Part shown: one piece after another, positions 27,475-36,992 of the stretch
Position numbering within the stretch: position 1 is the stretch's first letter
How the letters are laid out: every line of letters begins with the position of its first letter
From: Candidatus Uhrbacteria bacterium
GTDB taxonomy: Bacteria; Patescibacteriota; Patescibacteriia; JACQRZ01
Direction: 5' to 3'
NCBI GenBank assembly: GCA_016206155.1
Contig: JACQSC010000010.1
Span: forward strand, 8,073-72,072
Length of the DNA: 64,000 bases
Notes under the pieces: model-generated
Told to the model about the DNA's origin: nothing
What the model saw: the letters and a program-made list of their open reading frames with translations, nothing else
Database searches by the model: none
Made by a program: the position numbers and the translations under genes

Positions 27475-28047
27475 TTATTCTGCAAAATAATAGGTAGAAA
27501 CAGCAAAGCTCACCGATTCGCCAATCGGATCATAGGCAAGCGACTCGATTGTCGTCAAGCGCATATTGTTTTCCAGTACCGCGATAAGTGTTTTCAGTGT
27601 TTCGTAGTTGACATTGACAAACCGCAGCGCGATTCTAACTTGTCTGATTTTACCTTGAGTATTGTCAACATCGTTGTCCGTTGGCGTAATGTCAATGACT
27701 TGCAATCCTACGCCTATATCCTGCGCAATCTTTTCAAAGAGCGCGTACAGCGTCGGCGTGTCCTTGCGGGAAGGAAGCACAAGCGCAGCGGGATCCTGCG
27801 CGTTTTCCGATGCCGCCTTAACAACGCCGGCAAGATCCTTTAAAACGTTTCTGTATTCGGTCCGGCTTAAAAGAAGCTGCTTGATTGCCGTCGAATTCTC
27901 GGTTCCCCCTGGTAAATACTTCTGTAGTTCCGGCTGGATAACATAATAAAAAAATGAACCGAATACAGCAGCAAAAATCAACACGATAAGAAAGGGAACA
28001 ATCGCATCGAACATTTTTACCGGGGATTGTTGAATTCGTGCCGCCAT
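27475..28047 (-). CDS. pilO: Type IV pilus assembly protein PilO-like
   Basis: N-terminal TM, coiled coil and PilO-like C-terminal domain; operonic context. Confidence 0.55.
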   Translation of the reverse strand: MAARIQQSPVKMFDAIVPFLIVLIFAAVFGSFFYYVIQPELQKYLPGGTENSTAIKQLLLSRTEYRNVLKDLAGVVKAASENAQDPAALVLPSRKDTPTLYALFEKIAQDIGVGLQVIDITPTDNDVDNTQGKIRQVRIALRFVNVNYETLKTLIAVLENNMRLTTIESLAYDPIGESVSFAVSTYYFAE

Positions 28048-28056
28048 ACTGAATAG

Positions 28057-28737
28057 TTATTGCTGTGAAAAGTCCAGTTTTAAGATTTCAGGGTTCAGGG
28101 TAAGGACAACACTAAACCGCACGCCAATAATCGAGCCCAGCTGGTCGAGTGACGAGCTAATGCCGGAGAACTGTACGCTTTTAAGAAACTTTTCCGACTG
28201 CTCGAAGGCAAGAAGCTGGCGCCCCAGTGTTGTATAGTTTCCGGCCCCCGCGCTTAAAAGAACGTCACCGTTGCGAGAGAATGAAAGAGTGTCGTATGAA
28301 ACCTCGGGAAGCGTGTTCTCTTCCAGTTTTTGAAAAAACGGCAAAAATGTTGTCTGCCCGTCAAGAAGCGCCTTGATTGAGGTAAGCTTATTCTGAAAGC
28401 CGAGCAATTTTTTGTTATCCTTCTCAAGGAGCGCGATATCCGCCTCTATCCGATTGAGGTCCTGACGCAGAATAGCGACGCGGCCGGACTCCTGCGTACC
28501 GTACAGGAGTACCACCCCATAGACGAGAAGAGAGAGAATCAATGCCAAAAGAAAACTCAAAAATAGCTGAATGCCGTTCTTCCTGATGATTGCCCTTTCC
28601 ACCTCACTTTTCGCCTCGGACGTAATAAGATTGACGCCGACCGCACGCTTCTTTTCTTTGCCAAATGAAAACAGCTTCCGCTTTTTCACGGGCGTTTCTT
28701 TCTTTTTTCCTGTTTCGAGAAAATTGAGGTCTGGCAT
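28057..28737 (-). CDS. pilN: Type IV pilus assembly protein PilN-like
   Basis: Short cytoplasmic N-terminus, TM and coiled coil (LRQDLNRIEADIALLEKDNKKLL); lies after pilM. Confidence 0.6.
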   Translation of the reverse strand: MPDLNFLETGKKKETPVKKRKLFSFGKEKKRAVGVNLITSEAKSEVERAIIRKNGIQLFLSFLLALILSLLVYGVVLLYGTQESGRVAILRQDLNRIEADIALLEKDNKKLLGFQNKLTSIKALLDGQTTFLPFFQKLEENTLPEVSYDTLSFSRNGDVLLSAGAGNYTTLGRQLLAFEQSEKFLKSVQFSGISSSLDQLGSIIGVRFSVVLTLNPEILKLDFSQQ

Positions 28738-28779
28738 GGGGAAAGAAATCTTTCAACGTATTGCTAACAGTATATCATA

Positions 28780-29898
28780 TTACTCTCGAATGGCGAGCCC
28801 GATTGCGACTGAAAACTTTGGGCCTATAGTTTCCAGTACGGCTTTAAGATCGGCGGGGTATTGGATATACGACCATGGATCGCCGATAAACACCCGCGCA
28901 TCAAGCGCGGACACAAAGTACTCCGCGATACCTGGCATCAATGCCGACCCCCCTGTCAGGATAATCTTTTCAATAGTGCCGCTTGCCTTTCCCGACGGAG
29001 TAAGGGAATGGCTCTTATACAGATCGAGCGTATAACGGACTTCGTGCACAATGGGCTCGAGAGCGGAACGGATAACATCGGGAATGCCGCCCGTGCCACT
29101 GGTATCTTGGCTTCCGGTGCGAATGCCGATATCCCGTTTCAGCTGTTCCGCGCGCTTTTCATTAATATGAAGACTGTTCACAATCGCCCGCGTGATACTC
29201 GACCCGCCTTGTTCCAGGCTTCGACCAAAAAAAGGAATACCGTTCTCCATGATAATGATATCGGTAACCGCCGATCCTATTTCCACGATCATGATCTCGC
29301 CGGGCTGGCTGCCGATAATAGACCGGGAAAGCGCAAACATTTCCGTTTCAAGTCCGGCGAGTTCAAGGCCGCTCAGTCCAAAAATCTCCGTATATTTCTC
29401 AACGGTTTCTTTTGCCGCGCCAGTAATCAGAATCTTGAGCTGAGGCTCTTCTTCCTCTGATGCGCTCTTTTTCCCAAACGGAAGCTTTAATCCTTTTTCG
29501 CCTTTTGCGGGCGCGTTCAGGATGCGATAATCAAGAACGATCTCGTCAAGTGGCAGTGGAATAATCTTTTTTGCCTCCCAGTGCACCGCGGAATCAAGTT
29601 CTTCGCCGGATAATTGGGGAAGGCTTATAAGGGATGTGAAGACCGCGTACGTTGGAAGCGCGGCAATGGCGCGTTTTGAACGGCATCGCGAGCGCTCGAC
29701 AACCGAACGGATGGCTTGACTCGTCAGCTTTGCGTCCTCGCGGCCGAGATTACGCAAATCGCGATGAAAATCCTCGACAAATCCATAGGTAAGCAGCGCG
29801 TGCCCCTCTTTTTTTCGATCGACTTCGATCACCTTGATGCTCGAGGTTCCGATATCGATACCGAGGATGGATGTTTCTTTTTTTTCAAATAATGGCAT
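28780..29898 (-). CDS. pilM: Type IV pilus assembly protein PilM (actin-like ATPase)
   Basis: ILGIDIGTSSIKVIEV phosphate-1 motif. The ATG start (MPLFEKKE) is at about 29898; the track gives a TTG start at 29916 inside the heptamer leader. Confidence 0.85.
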   Translation of the reverse strand: MPLFEKKETSILGIDIGTSSIKVIEVDRKKEGHALLTYGFVEDFHRDLRNLGREDAKLTSQAIRSVVERSRCRSKRAIAALPTYAVFTSLISLPQLSGEELDSAVHWEAKKIIPLPLDEIVLDYRILNAPAKGEKGLKLPFGKKSASEEEEPQLKILITGAAKETVEKYTEIFGLSGLELAGLETEMFALSRSIIGSQPGEIMIVEIGSAVTDIIIMENGIPFFGRSLEQGGSSITRAIVNSLHINEKRAEQLKRDIGIRTGSQDTSGTGGIPDVIRSALEPIVHEVRYTLDLYKSHSLTPSGKASGTIEKIILTGGSALMPGIAEYFVSALDARVFIGDPWSYIQYPADLKAVLETIGPKFSVAIGLAIRE

Positions 29899-29937
29899 AA
29901 CAATTTCAACTTTCAACTTTCAGATTAAAGTATAGCA
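29899..29937 (-). promoter_or_regulatory. pilM promoter (TGcTATACT) and heptamer leader (GAAAGTT)x2-GAAATTG
   Basis: Top caatttcaactttcaactttcagattaaagtatagca. No SD. Confidence 0.6.
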
Positions 29938-29943
29938 CTCTTT

Positions 29944-32427
29944 TCACCAAAGAGGTAGTGATCGCGCGAATTCCGCAATGCCGGGAGATGGATTGACGAG
30001 CGCGCGACCGGTGTTGACAATGGTCTCCGATCCACGATTGACACCGCGGTACACGCGCTGAAGAAGCATTTTCTTTGCAACCACGACACCGCGGATCTCA
30101 AGAGGAAGATCGTAATAGAGTTCATTTAAAACCGCCTCTCCAATCTTTTTCTTCTCATTTCCGACGGCGTCGTACTGCTGTCGGCCTTGATCATCAAGGT
30201 CTGACACCTCGGTCGTTGTCCAATATTTTATTTTCAAATTGGGACATTCGCCACCACTCGCATTCGCACCGCCCCTTCCCTCTCCGGTTGCAAAAATATT
30301 TTCAACAAAAAACGATCCGGACACAACCGTAAATTGTTGATTCTCAAAAATCTTATTCACTGCCGCAGTTTCTGTTGGATTCTCGGGAACCAAAACCTTT
30401 TTTCCATTCTCTAAAACTAAGTTTCCAGCTGCGTCTTTTTTATATTCTAGCTTCATATTATATTCATAGTCGGGCGTTCCGGTTCCCATACCCTCTTTGG
30501 AATCAATATGCCCAGGGATACATTTATCGATAACAACATTCCCGCCCGCGCGCCACTCATCGTCGAGAATACCCTCAATCGGTGATTCACCGTGCAGTGC
30601 GGGAGTATCTCTATTCAGCACCACCCACGAGAGCGAAGCAAGTTGGTGAAAATTGGTCAGTCCCAATGCTGATGCTTGCTGATACTCAATCGGCCGCTTA
30701 ATGGTAAGATTACCCCTCACCACAATCGTTCCCGCACCGCTTCCCGTAATGCCGTTCAATAGTTCCCGCCTGCCCCTATTGTCGTTTGCGCCAATCTCAA
30801 GATCTCCATCGTGATAATAGATAGTGTTGTTCAAAATAATTGGATCGTATATTGACTGGCCAAAAACATCGCTTTCACTTTGAATAATTTTCACGTTATT
30901 CCCATACGCGTTCTTAAGCGCCGGACCGGCCTGCTGAGGCGGGTCGGTCGGCTTTGGAAATAACGCATCCCCATTCAATGATCCCAGCGATCCCCGCTTA
31001 ATCGCCGAGCGGTTCACGCGTTGTGACGCGGTGGGAGGGCGAAGATCAAAAATCTCTTGGCTAGTCTCTTGACTGGTGATTGGTGGTTTCTTTCTCTTTT
31101 GTTCAAAAATATCAGCAAGTGGAGGACATCCGCTGCGTACGGCAAGGCGCGGATCGTCGCAGGCCCCCTCCCATGTATCAACACTGCCCTGTTTATCCCC
31201 ATACCGCCCGGTCACAAGAAGATAGTCGGTATTAAACTCACCCGGTGGCGGATTCACTCCGGAAAAACCTTTTCTGCTAAAAAGATTGCCGCCAATGCCT
31301 TTAACCCACACCCCAAGGTATGCGGTATTCCACCGGCTCCGTTTTGAATTCTGGTCGTAGTTCACCTCCGTACATGAAGGGCCGTCGCACCACGTTTTAT
31401 TATCCCATTCCCGCGTATCATAGAGTGTGCTTCCGCTAAAAGAAATCCACTCAACGAACGGATTCCACGCCCATCCATAAAATTCCTTTTTGCGCGGATC
31501 ATAGGCTACGCGGTAAGAACATGCCATCTTGTTGGCACTGAATACGGCATCATTAGAGCAGTTTAACTTATCCAATAGCGGCCACGTTCCAAAATGACCT
31601 GGCTGAATACCAGTAATGTTCCACTTGTCATCTCTCTTCTCTTTCGGCACATTATCGCCAAAAATTCTTCCGCTCAAGCGCGTCCAACCATTATCCCCGA
31701 GGCCACGAATCTTCATCCATCCCTTCAGTGGATAGATGCAGTATGCTGGAATTTTCCCACTATCTGATTCCTTCGACTTACGCATCTCTTCATATTTCTC
31801 TTTATTGTCCATCATCTCACACGGCTTGTACACCGGCTCTCTGTTCCCACCGCTTCCTCTGTAGTGAGGCTCATAAATGCCGTCTTCGATGCCGTCTTCA
31901 TTGCGATCAACAACCTCATGGCACATCGGCTCACGATTGTCAAAGTCAAGTCTTGCAAATGAATCATTTCGCCCACGAGGAAGTCCATCGTTCCCATCAA
32001 GAAATGTTCGAAGGTCAAGTGTGTCATAGCTATCCTTCAGCGGAGGCCCTTCGCACGTCTCTCCCCAACAGATGAGTCCGTGCTCGGGATCTTCCATAAT
32101 ATTGTCCGGCCACTGGGGACGCGACCAGCCGTAAATCTCATTTCCAACAGATGCGTCAGTGCCGCCTATCTTCTCAGCCTTTTTATACACGCCGTACGGT
32201 TTATTATCCCCGCCGGTAAATCTATTATAAATCCACTGGGTGTAATAATTCCATGCGTTGCCGCCAATACTGGCCTTACGGTTTTTCAGCGTCGCGTATT
32301 CAGGACAATTATCAACATAGGATCCGCCGGTCACCGCCTCGTCGGCGCGGAGACTTGAGCTGTGCGCAAAAAAAAGAAAAAGAAGGACCGCCGCTATGAT
32401 TGAAACACTTTTGACGTTCATATACAT
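29944..32427 (-). CDS. Large secreted hypothetical protein (Trp/Cys-rich), immediately upstream of the pil operon
   Basis: Signal peptide MYMNVKSVSIIAAVLLFLFFAHSSSLRA; 827 aa. No recognisable catalytic motif. The promoter tatatact sits next to the start. Confidence 0.6.
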   Translation of the reverse strand: MYMNVKSVSIIAAVLLFLFFAHSSSLRADEAVTGGSYVDNCPEYATLKNRKASIGGNAWNYYTQWIYNRFTGGDNKPYGVYKKAEKIGGTDASVGNEIYGWSRPQWPDNIMEDPEHGLICWGETCEGPPLKDSYDTLDLRTFLDGNDGLPRGRNDSFARLDFDNREPMCHEVVDRNEDGIEDGIYEPHYRGSGGNREPVYKPCEMMDNKEKYEEMRKSKESDSGKIPAYCIYPLKGWMKIRGLGDNGWTRLSGRIFGDNVPKEKRDDKWNITGIQPGHFGTWPLLDKLNCSNDAVFSANKMACSYRVAYDPRKKEFYGWAWNPFVEWISFSGSTLYDTREWDNKTWCDGPSCTEVNYDQNSKRSRWNTAYLGVWVKGIGGNLFSRKGFSGVNPPPGEFNTDYLLVTGRYGDKQGSVDTWEGACDDPRLAVRSGCPPLADIFEQKRKKPPITSQETSQEIFDLRPPTASQRVNRSAIKRGSLGSLNGDALFPKPTDPPQQAGPALKNAYGNNVKIIQSESDVFGQSIYDPIILNNTIYYHDGDLEIGANDNRGRRELLNGITGSGAGTIVVRGNLTIKRPIEYQQASALGLTNFHQLASLSWVVLNRDTPALHGESPIEGILDDEWRAGGNVVIDKCIPGHIDSKEGMGTGTPDYEYNMKLEYKKDAAGNLVLENGKKVLVPENPTETAAVNKIFENQQFTVVSGSFFVENIFATGEGRGGANASGGECPNLKIKYWTTTEVSDLDDQGRQQYDAVGNEKKKIGEAVLNELYYDLPLEIRGVVVAKKMLLQRVYRGVNRGSETIVNTGRALVNPSPGIAEFARSLPLW

Positions 32428-32504
32428 ATAGTATATAATACTGTTAAAGATTTCACTATACCCTAACCACTATAACCTATACCCTGTCTCGTATGCCCCG
32501 CACT

Positions 32505-32638
32505 TAACTCCGATTGCTGCTATTAATCATCCGTCCTATGATATACACTACACACCGTTTATTCATCATCACCTCGATTTCCTCTGCTGTCGTGTCGCAG
32601 CATGAGGATGATCGGAGTTAAGTGCGGGGTATGGAATC
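32505..32638 (+). promoter_or_regulatory. 19-bp perfect inverted repeat (ccccgcacttaactccgat / atcggagttaagtgcgggg) spanning the clp 5' region
   Basis: The arms are 96 nt apart and the right arm ends 1 nt before the ATG of MESFLKRC. An upstream CCCTAACC/CCTATACCCT motif lies at 32470-32495. Confidence 0.5.
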
Positions 32639-34943
32639 ATTTTTAAAACGCTGTACCGAGCCACTGTTGCGCGTTTTCGCAAACGCCGCTCAAGCAGCCG
32701 CCTCGGAGGGAAAAGAGACGATTGAGCCGTCCCATCTTTTTTTTGGACTCACAAACCAGGATCAACGGATGGAAAAGCCACGCGCGCGAAAACGCAATAC
32801 GCGCGTTAATCCCACAAGCGCCTCTCCCGTATCGGTTGCCTCACTTTCGCTCTCCCCGTTAAGCGCGCATCTTCTCGCTGACGCCGTACGGTTGGCCGAG
32901 AACTACTCGCACGACGCGGTCGGACCCGAGCATCTTTTTATAAGCCTTCTCCATCATCCGGACCCAGGTATCCGAGAGATTCTAAAAAACCACAACGTAG
33001 ACTCCGGCGCGATCAAACGCCAGCTTGTCGGCATCGTCAATCACACCTCAAGGCTCCTCGACCTCCTTGAAATGTTGGAGCGTGAAGGACAGCGATCCCC
33101 AGACAACACAGCTCAGGATCCGGCGGCGCTTCCCGGCCATCATCATCATGGAAAAAATCCTTCGGCGCTTGAATTTTTCACAACCGAGCTCACGCAGGAG
33201 TACGTTGCTGCGTCAATCGACCCTTTGATCGGTCGGGAAAAAGAGATTGAACGGCTCATGCATATCCTTGCGCGAAGGACGAAGAACAATCCGGTATTGG
33301 TTGGTCCGCCGGGGGTCGGAAAAACCGCGATTGTCGAAGGCCTTGCGAAGCGCATTGTGGAAGGGAATGTCCCCGCATATTTGAAAGACACGCGGCTGTT
33401 TTCGTTGAATCTTACGACACTGCTCGCGGGAGCGGGAATGCGCGGCGAACTTGAATTCCGCCTCTCCGCGCTGATCGCCGACGTTCATAAAATGGAGCGC
33501 GCTATCCTGTTTATCGACGAATTGCACAACATCGTTGGAGCGGGCGGCATGCACGGCTCCATGGATGCCGGCGAAATCCTAAAACCGGAACTTGCGCGAG
33601 GAACACTCCATTGTATCGGCGCGACTACTCAGGAAGAGTACAAACGATGGATTGAGGACGATCCGGCGCTTGAGCGTCGATTTCAGCCCATCGCTGTCGC
33701 AGCGCCGACCAAGGACGAGACAAAACAAATTCTCCTGGGACTGACGGAACGCTATGAACAGTTTCACGGCGTCACCATTCCGCCCGCCGCCCTTGATGCT
33801 TGCATTAATCTTGCGGATCGCTACATCACCGAAAAATACTTTCCCGACAAAGCCATTGACGTCATTGACGAAGCGGCGGCAAAAATAAAGGTGGAAGAAC
33901 AACAAGACCGCGTCATTACGTCGCAGGTTATAACCGATATTATCTCGAACATGACCGGTATTCCGCGCGCCCTGCTTGCGTATGAAGACTCTTCACGCAC
34001 GCTCGCGCTTGAAGAGTCGCTCAAAAAACATGTGATCGGACAGGACGCGGCAATCAACACCGTCGCACGCGCGATCATGCGCGCCTCATCGGGCCTTACG
34101 CAACAAGGACGCCCACGCGCATCCTTTCTTTTTTTGGGTCCCAGCGGCGTGGGGAAAACAGAGCTTGCGCGCCAGCTTGCGCGCCAACTCTTCGGCGAGG
34201 GCGCGCTCCTCAAGTTTGACATGTCGGAATTTTCCGAAAGCCATACCATCGCGCGACTCCTCGGATCGCCCAGCGGATATATCGGATACAAGGAGGGTGG
34301 ACGGCTGACCGAAAGCGTCCGGCACAAACCCCATTCAATCGTACTCTTTGACGAAGCGGAAAAGGCGCATCCGCGCGTCTTGAATGTGTTATTGCAGATC
34401 CTTGACGAAGGACGACTGACCGATATGGCGGGACGCGAAGTTGATTTTTCTAACACGATTATTATCCTGACCTCAAATATTGGCGCGGCGCATTGGACAA
34501 CAAATGGCGGAACGCTTGGATTCGAGTCTGAAACGACGGTCGGCGCCGTTAACCAAGAGCGCGTCCTTGCCGATGTTCGGCAGTGGCTCTCTCCCGAACT
34601 CCTCAATCGCATTAACCATACCATCACCTTTCATCCTCTGCTGACGGGTCACCTTCGCGCTATTGCAAACCTCTGCCTGGACGAACTTGCGTCGCGGGTT
34701 GTTCCTCACCACATTACACTCCAATGGCAAAAAACGCTTCCCGACGCAATTATGGCGCACAATACAGCCGCGAACAAAGGCGCGCGGTTTATTCGACATA
34801 CGATTGAGGAAACCGTCGAGGACGCGCTTGCGCAGGTGCTCTTGCGCCGCACGTCCGAGGAGCCGATCACGCTTTCGCTCGAATACAAAGATCGCGCATT
34901 CAGATGCCGGACCATACACAACCGCTATGCCAAAAGGCGTTGA
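32622..34943 (+). CDS. ATP-dependent Clp ATPase/chaperone (ClpC/ClpA-like, two AAA+ modules)
   Basis: Duplicated Clp_N, VLVGPPGVGKTA and FLFLGPSGVGKTE Walker A motifs, a short inter-domain linker (no long ClpB M-domain), and a low-complexity insertion in the N-domain. GTG start; the ATG (MESF) is 9 nt downstream. Confidence 0.85.
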   Translation: MRGMESFLKRCTEPLLRVFANAAQAAASEGKETIEPSHLFFGLTNQDQRMEKPRARKRNTRVNPTSASPVSVASLSLSPLSAHLLADAVRLAENYSHDAVGPEHLFISLLHHPDPGIREILKNHNVDSGAIKRQLVGIVNHTSRLLDLLEMLEREGQRSPDNTAQDPAALPGHHHHGKNPSALEFFTTELTQEYVAASIDPLIGREKEIERLMHILARRTKNNPVLVGPPGVGKTAIVEGLAKRIVEGNVPAYLKDTRLFSLNLTTLLAGAGMRGELEFRLSALIADVHKMERAILFIDELHNIVGAGGMHGSMDAGEILKPELARGTLHCIGATTQEEYKRWIEDDPALERRFQPIAVAAPTKDETKQILLGLTERYEQFHGVTIPPAALDACINLADRYITEKYFPDKAIDVIDEAAAKIKVEEQQDRVITSQVITDIISNMTGIPRALLAYEDSSRTLALEESLKKHVIGQDAAINTVARAIMRASSGLTQQGRPRASFLFLGPSGVGKTELARQLARQLFGEGALLKFDMSEFSESHTIARLLGSPSGYIGYKEGGRLTESVRHKPHSIVLFDEAEKAHPRVLNVLLQILDEGRLTDMAGREVDFSNTIIILTSNIGAAHWTTNGGTLGFESETTVGAVNQERVLADVRQWLSPELLNRINHTITFHPLLTGHLRAIANLCLDELASRVVPHHITLQWQKTLPDAIMAHNTAANKGARFIRHTIEETVEDALAQVLLRRTSEEPITLSLEYKDRAFRCRTIHNRYAKRR

Positions 34944-35559
34944 CGAGAGCTTCCTGGCGCAAGTTGCTCCTGCCGTTGACACCGACGAAGAACAACAAGC
35001 GCAGGAGCGTGGTGGAGGTGAACAGCACGGCGCTCTTGTTCGCGCAATCTTCGCGCAACGGCTCGGGCAAAACAAGCGCGAGGAACAAAAACTGACCAAG
35101 GAGCTCGAACACTGGAAAGAGGAACTCGCGGCACAAGAACGAAAAAAAGGAACGTGTATGATACTCCTCATTGTTGCTATGGGCGATGATGTTATAGACG
35201 TTCTCGGCGCTCTTGTCAGCTTTGGCCTCTTAAGCTCAGTCACCTTTCCAATACCAGGCATTATCCGCATGATGGTTGCAATCCATGAACGGGAGCCGCG
35301 TCCAGATCGTCTTTTACGTACAGTCGCCGCAATGGCAATTGAAGCGATACCATTGCTCAATCTTCTTCCAACGACAACGATCAATCTGATCATTGACCTT
35401 ATCGAGGCGTCCTGGGATGGGGATCAAGCGAAAAATAAAGTTGAAGATCTTGAGAAAAAAATAAAGACATTGAAGCAAACAACTGGTGCGCAGACCAGAA
35501 ACGCCATGCAAATCATGCGCGGGATGTCCCAATCTGCCATGTCCCGCCGCGCGGCATAG
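34927..35559 (+). CDS. Hypothetical membrane/coiled-coil protein
   Basis: Start reset to MPKGVDESF; the upstream part of the track ORF overlaps clp out of frame. One TM plus coiled coil. Confidence 0.4.
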   Translation: MPKGVDESFLAQVAPAVDTDEEQQAQERGGGEQHGALVRAIFAQRLGQNKREEQKLTKELEHWKEELAAQERKKGTCMILLIVAMGDDVIDVLGALVSFGLLSSVTFPIPGIIRMMVAIHEREPRPDRLLRTVAAMAIEAIPLLNLLPTTTINLIIDLIEASWDGDQAKNKVEDLEKKIKTLKQTTGAQTRNAMQIMRGMSQSAMSRRAA

Positions 35560-35612
35560 AAATGGTGTCTGGCTCAGTTTTGTGAAGCAAATCTGTGCCT
35601 GACACCATTTCA
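35560..35612. repeat. Palindromic element B copy (GAAATGGTGTCtgg...CCtGACACCATTTC); likely terminator
   Basis: gaaatggtgtc / gacaccatttc 11-bp arms with a 27-nt loop immediately after a stop codon. Confidence 0.6.
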
Positions 35613-35636
35613 TTCACTAACCAAGTGTGCTATACT
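35608..35636 (+). promoter_or_regulatory. Extended -10 promoter (TGcTATACT) for the TolB-like gene
   Basis: tttcat-17-tgctatact, followed by the (CCCCTAA)x5 leader. Confidence 0.5.
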
Positions 35637-35648
35637 GCCTTCTAGAGG

Positions 35649-35690
35649 CCTAACCCCTAACCCCTAACCCCTAACCCCTAACCCCTATTC
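35649..35690 (+). repeat. (CCCCTAA)x5 telomere-like heptamer array in the 5' leader
   Basis: taacccctaacccctaacccctaacccctaacccctattccc ends 8 nt before the ATG at 35699. Confidence 0.8.
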
Positions 35691-35698
35691 CCTGGAAC

Positions 35699-36913
35699 AT
35701 GAAACGAATTCTACTTATTATCGGCTTTGTCGCAATAGTTATTCTGCTCGTTGTGCTGATTTGGTACTTTTTCTTCCGCCCGCTCCCCCCTCGTGAGGAG
35801 GTCACACTGGAGGAACCTGTCACCAAGCTGCCAATCCCTGGAGAATATATTCCGCCCGAAGGTCCGGGTGTCTTGACATCACCCACAACCGCTGAGGAGC
35901 AATTACCCGAAACCGCCATGGAAGCGCAGGGAGGACCGGTGCAAACCGCTGAGCTGGACTCAGGCAACAATATCGGCTCCCGGATCGCACCCGATGGATC
36001 GAGTGTCGTAACCTTCGACTCGTACGCCGGAACGTTTTACCGCATCACACCTGACGGGATGGCTGAAAAACTAACCGATCAGACATTTGCGGGCGCAACG
36101 AACGTCACCTTGTCGCCAAACAACGAACGGGCGGTTATTGAATTTCTAGACGACTCAAAAATTCTCTATGATTTTAGCCGCAAACAGCAAGTCGCAACAC
36201 TTCCCAAGCATTGGGAAGCGTTCGATTTCTCTCCTGACGGCGGAAATATCGTTTTCAAAAGTATTGCCACAAACCCGGATAACAATTGGTTCGCCATCGC
36301 AAACGCCGACGGATCCGATGGTCAAGAGCTTGAACTCATGGGAAAGAAGATTAATCAGTTTACTCCACTCTGGTCCCCATCTGATCAAATTGTCGGCTTT
36401 TATGAGGAGGGCGTTGACGCGGATCGCAAACAGCTCTATTTCATCGGAAAGTACGGCGAGAATTTTCAGGCGATTACGGTCGAGGGAAGGGGCATCAAGG
36501 CACAGTGGTCTCCTTTGGGCACCCAGCTCTTGTATAGCGCGTACTCGGCGAAATCTGGCTTCCGACCCGAGGTATGGATTGTCGATGCGCTTGGCGACAC
36601 AATCGGCGAGAATCGCCGCAAGCTTGATATACAAACATGGGCTGATAAATGCGGCTTTGCCGGAAATGAGACACTCTACTGTTCGGTTCCAAAAATCATA
36701 CCTGAAGGCGGCGGGCTCCTGCCTGTCGTTGCCGAGGAAAAGAGCGGCGGCGAGGTGATTTATAAAATTGATCTGACAACAGGCGAAAGGCAAAAGGTCG
36801 CCGAACCGCGAAGCGATCTGATCGCGCAAAACCTCCAGGTATCTAAAGATCAAACATATCTTTTCTTCACGAACAAATACTCGGGGAAATTGTATAGTAT
36901 ACAATTGCAATAG
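35699..36913 (+). CDS. TolB-like periplasmic beta-propeller (PD40 repeat) protein
   Basis: N-terminal TM and repeated SPDG/FSPDG PD40-type blades. Confidence 0.6.
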   Translation: MKRILLIIGFVAIVILLVVLIWYFFFRPLPPREEVTLEEPVTKLPIPGEYIPPEGPGVLTSPTTAEEQLPETAMEAQGGPVQTAELDSGNNIGSRIAPDGSSVVTFDSYAGTFYRITPDGMAEKLTDQTFAGATNVTLSPNNERAVIEFLDDSKILYDFSRKQQVATLPKHWEAFDFSPDGGNIVFKSIATNPDNNWFAIANADGSDGQELELMGKKINQFTPLWSPSDQIVGFYEEGVDADRKQLYFIGKYGENFQAITVEGRGIKAQWSPLGTQLLYSAYSAKSGFRPEVWIVDALGDTIGENRRKLDIQTWADKCGFAGNETLYCSVPKIIPEGGGLLPVVAEEKSGGEVIYKIDLTTGERQKVAEPRSDLIAQNLQVSKDQTYLFFTNKYSGKLYSIQLQ

Positions 36914-36992
36914 TACCTCCTTGACTGATACGTCTGTCATCCCGCCGGTGAAGCATGCCACGGACACCGATCCGGGGAACTGGATCCAGCCT

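Noticed and set aside
34663-34926. Upstream part of track ORF 34663-35559
   Set aside because: Overlaps the conserved C-terminal domain of the Clp ATPase in another frame. The internal ATG at 34927 was used instead.
35649-35690. (CCCCTAA)n, (TTTAGGG)n and (GGGTATA)n as true telomeres or eukaryotic contamination
   Set aside because: The arrays are short (3-5 units), internal, flanked by bacterial genes with bacterial promoters, and always placed in gene leaders. They were interpreted as regulatory or structural repeats, not chromosome ends.
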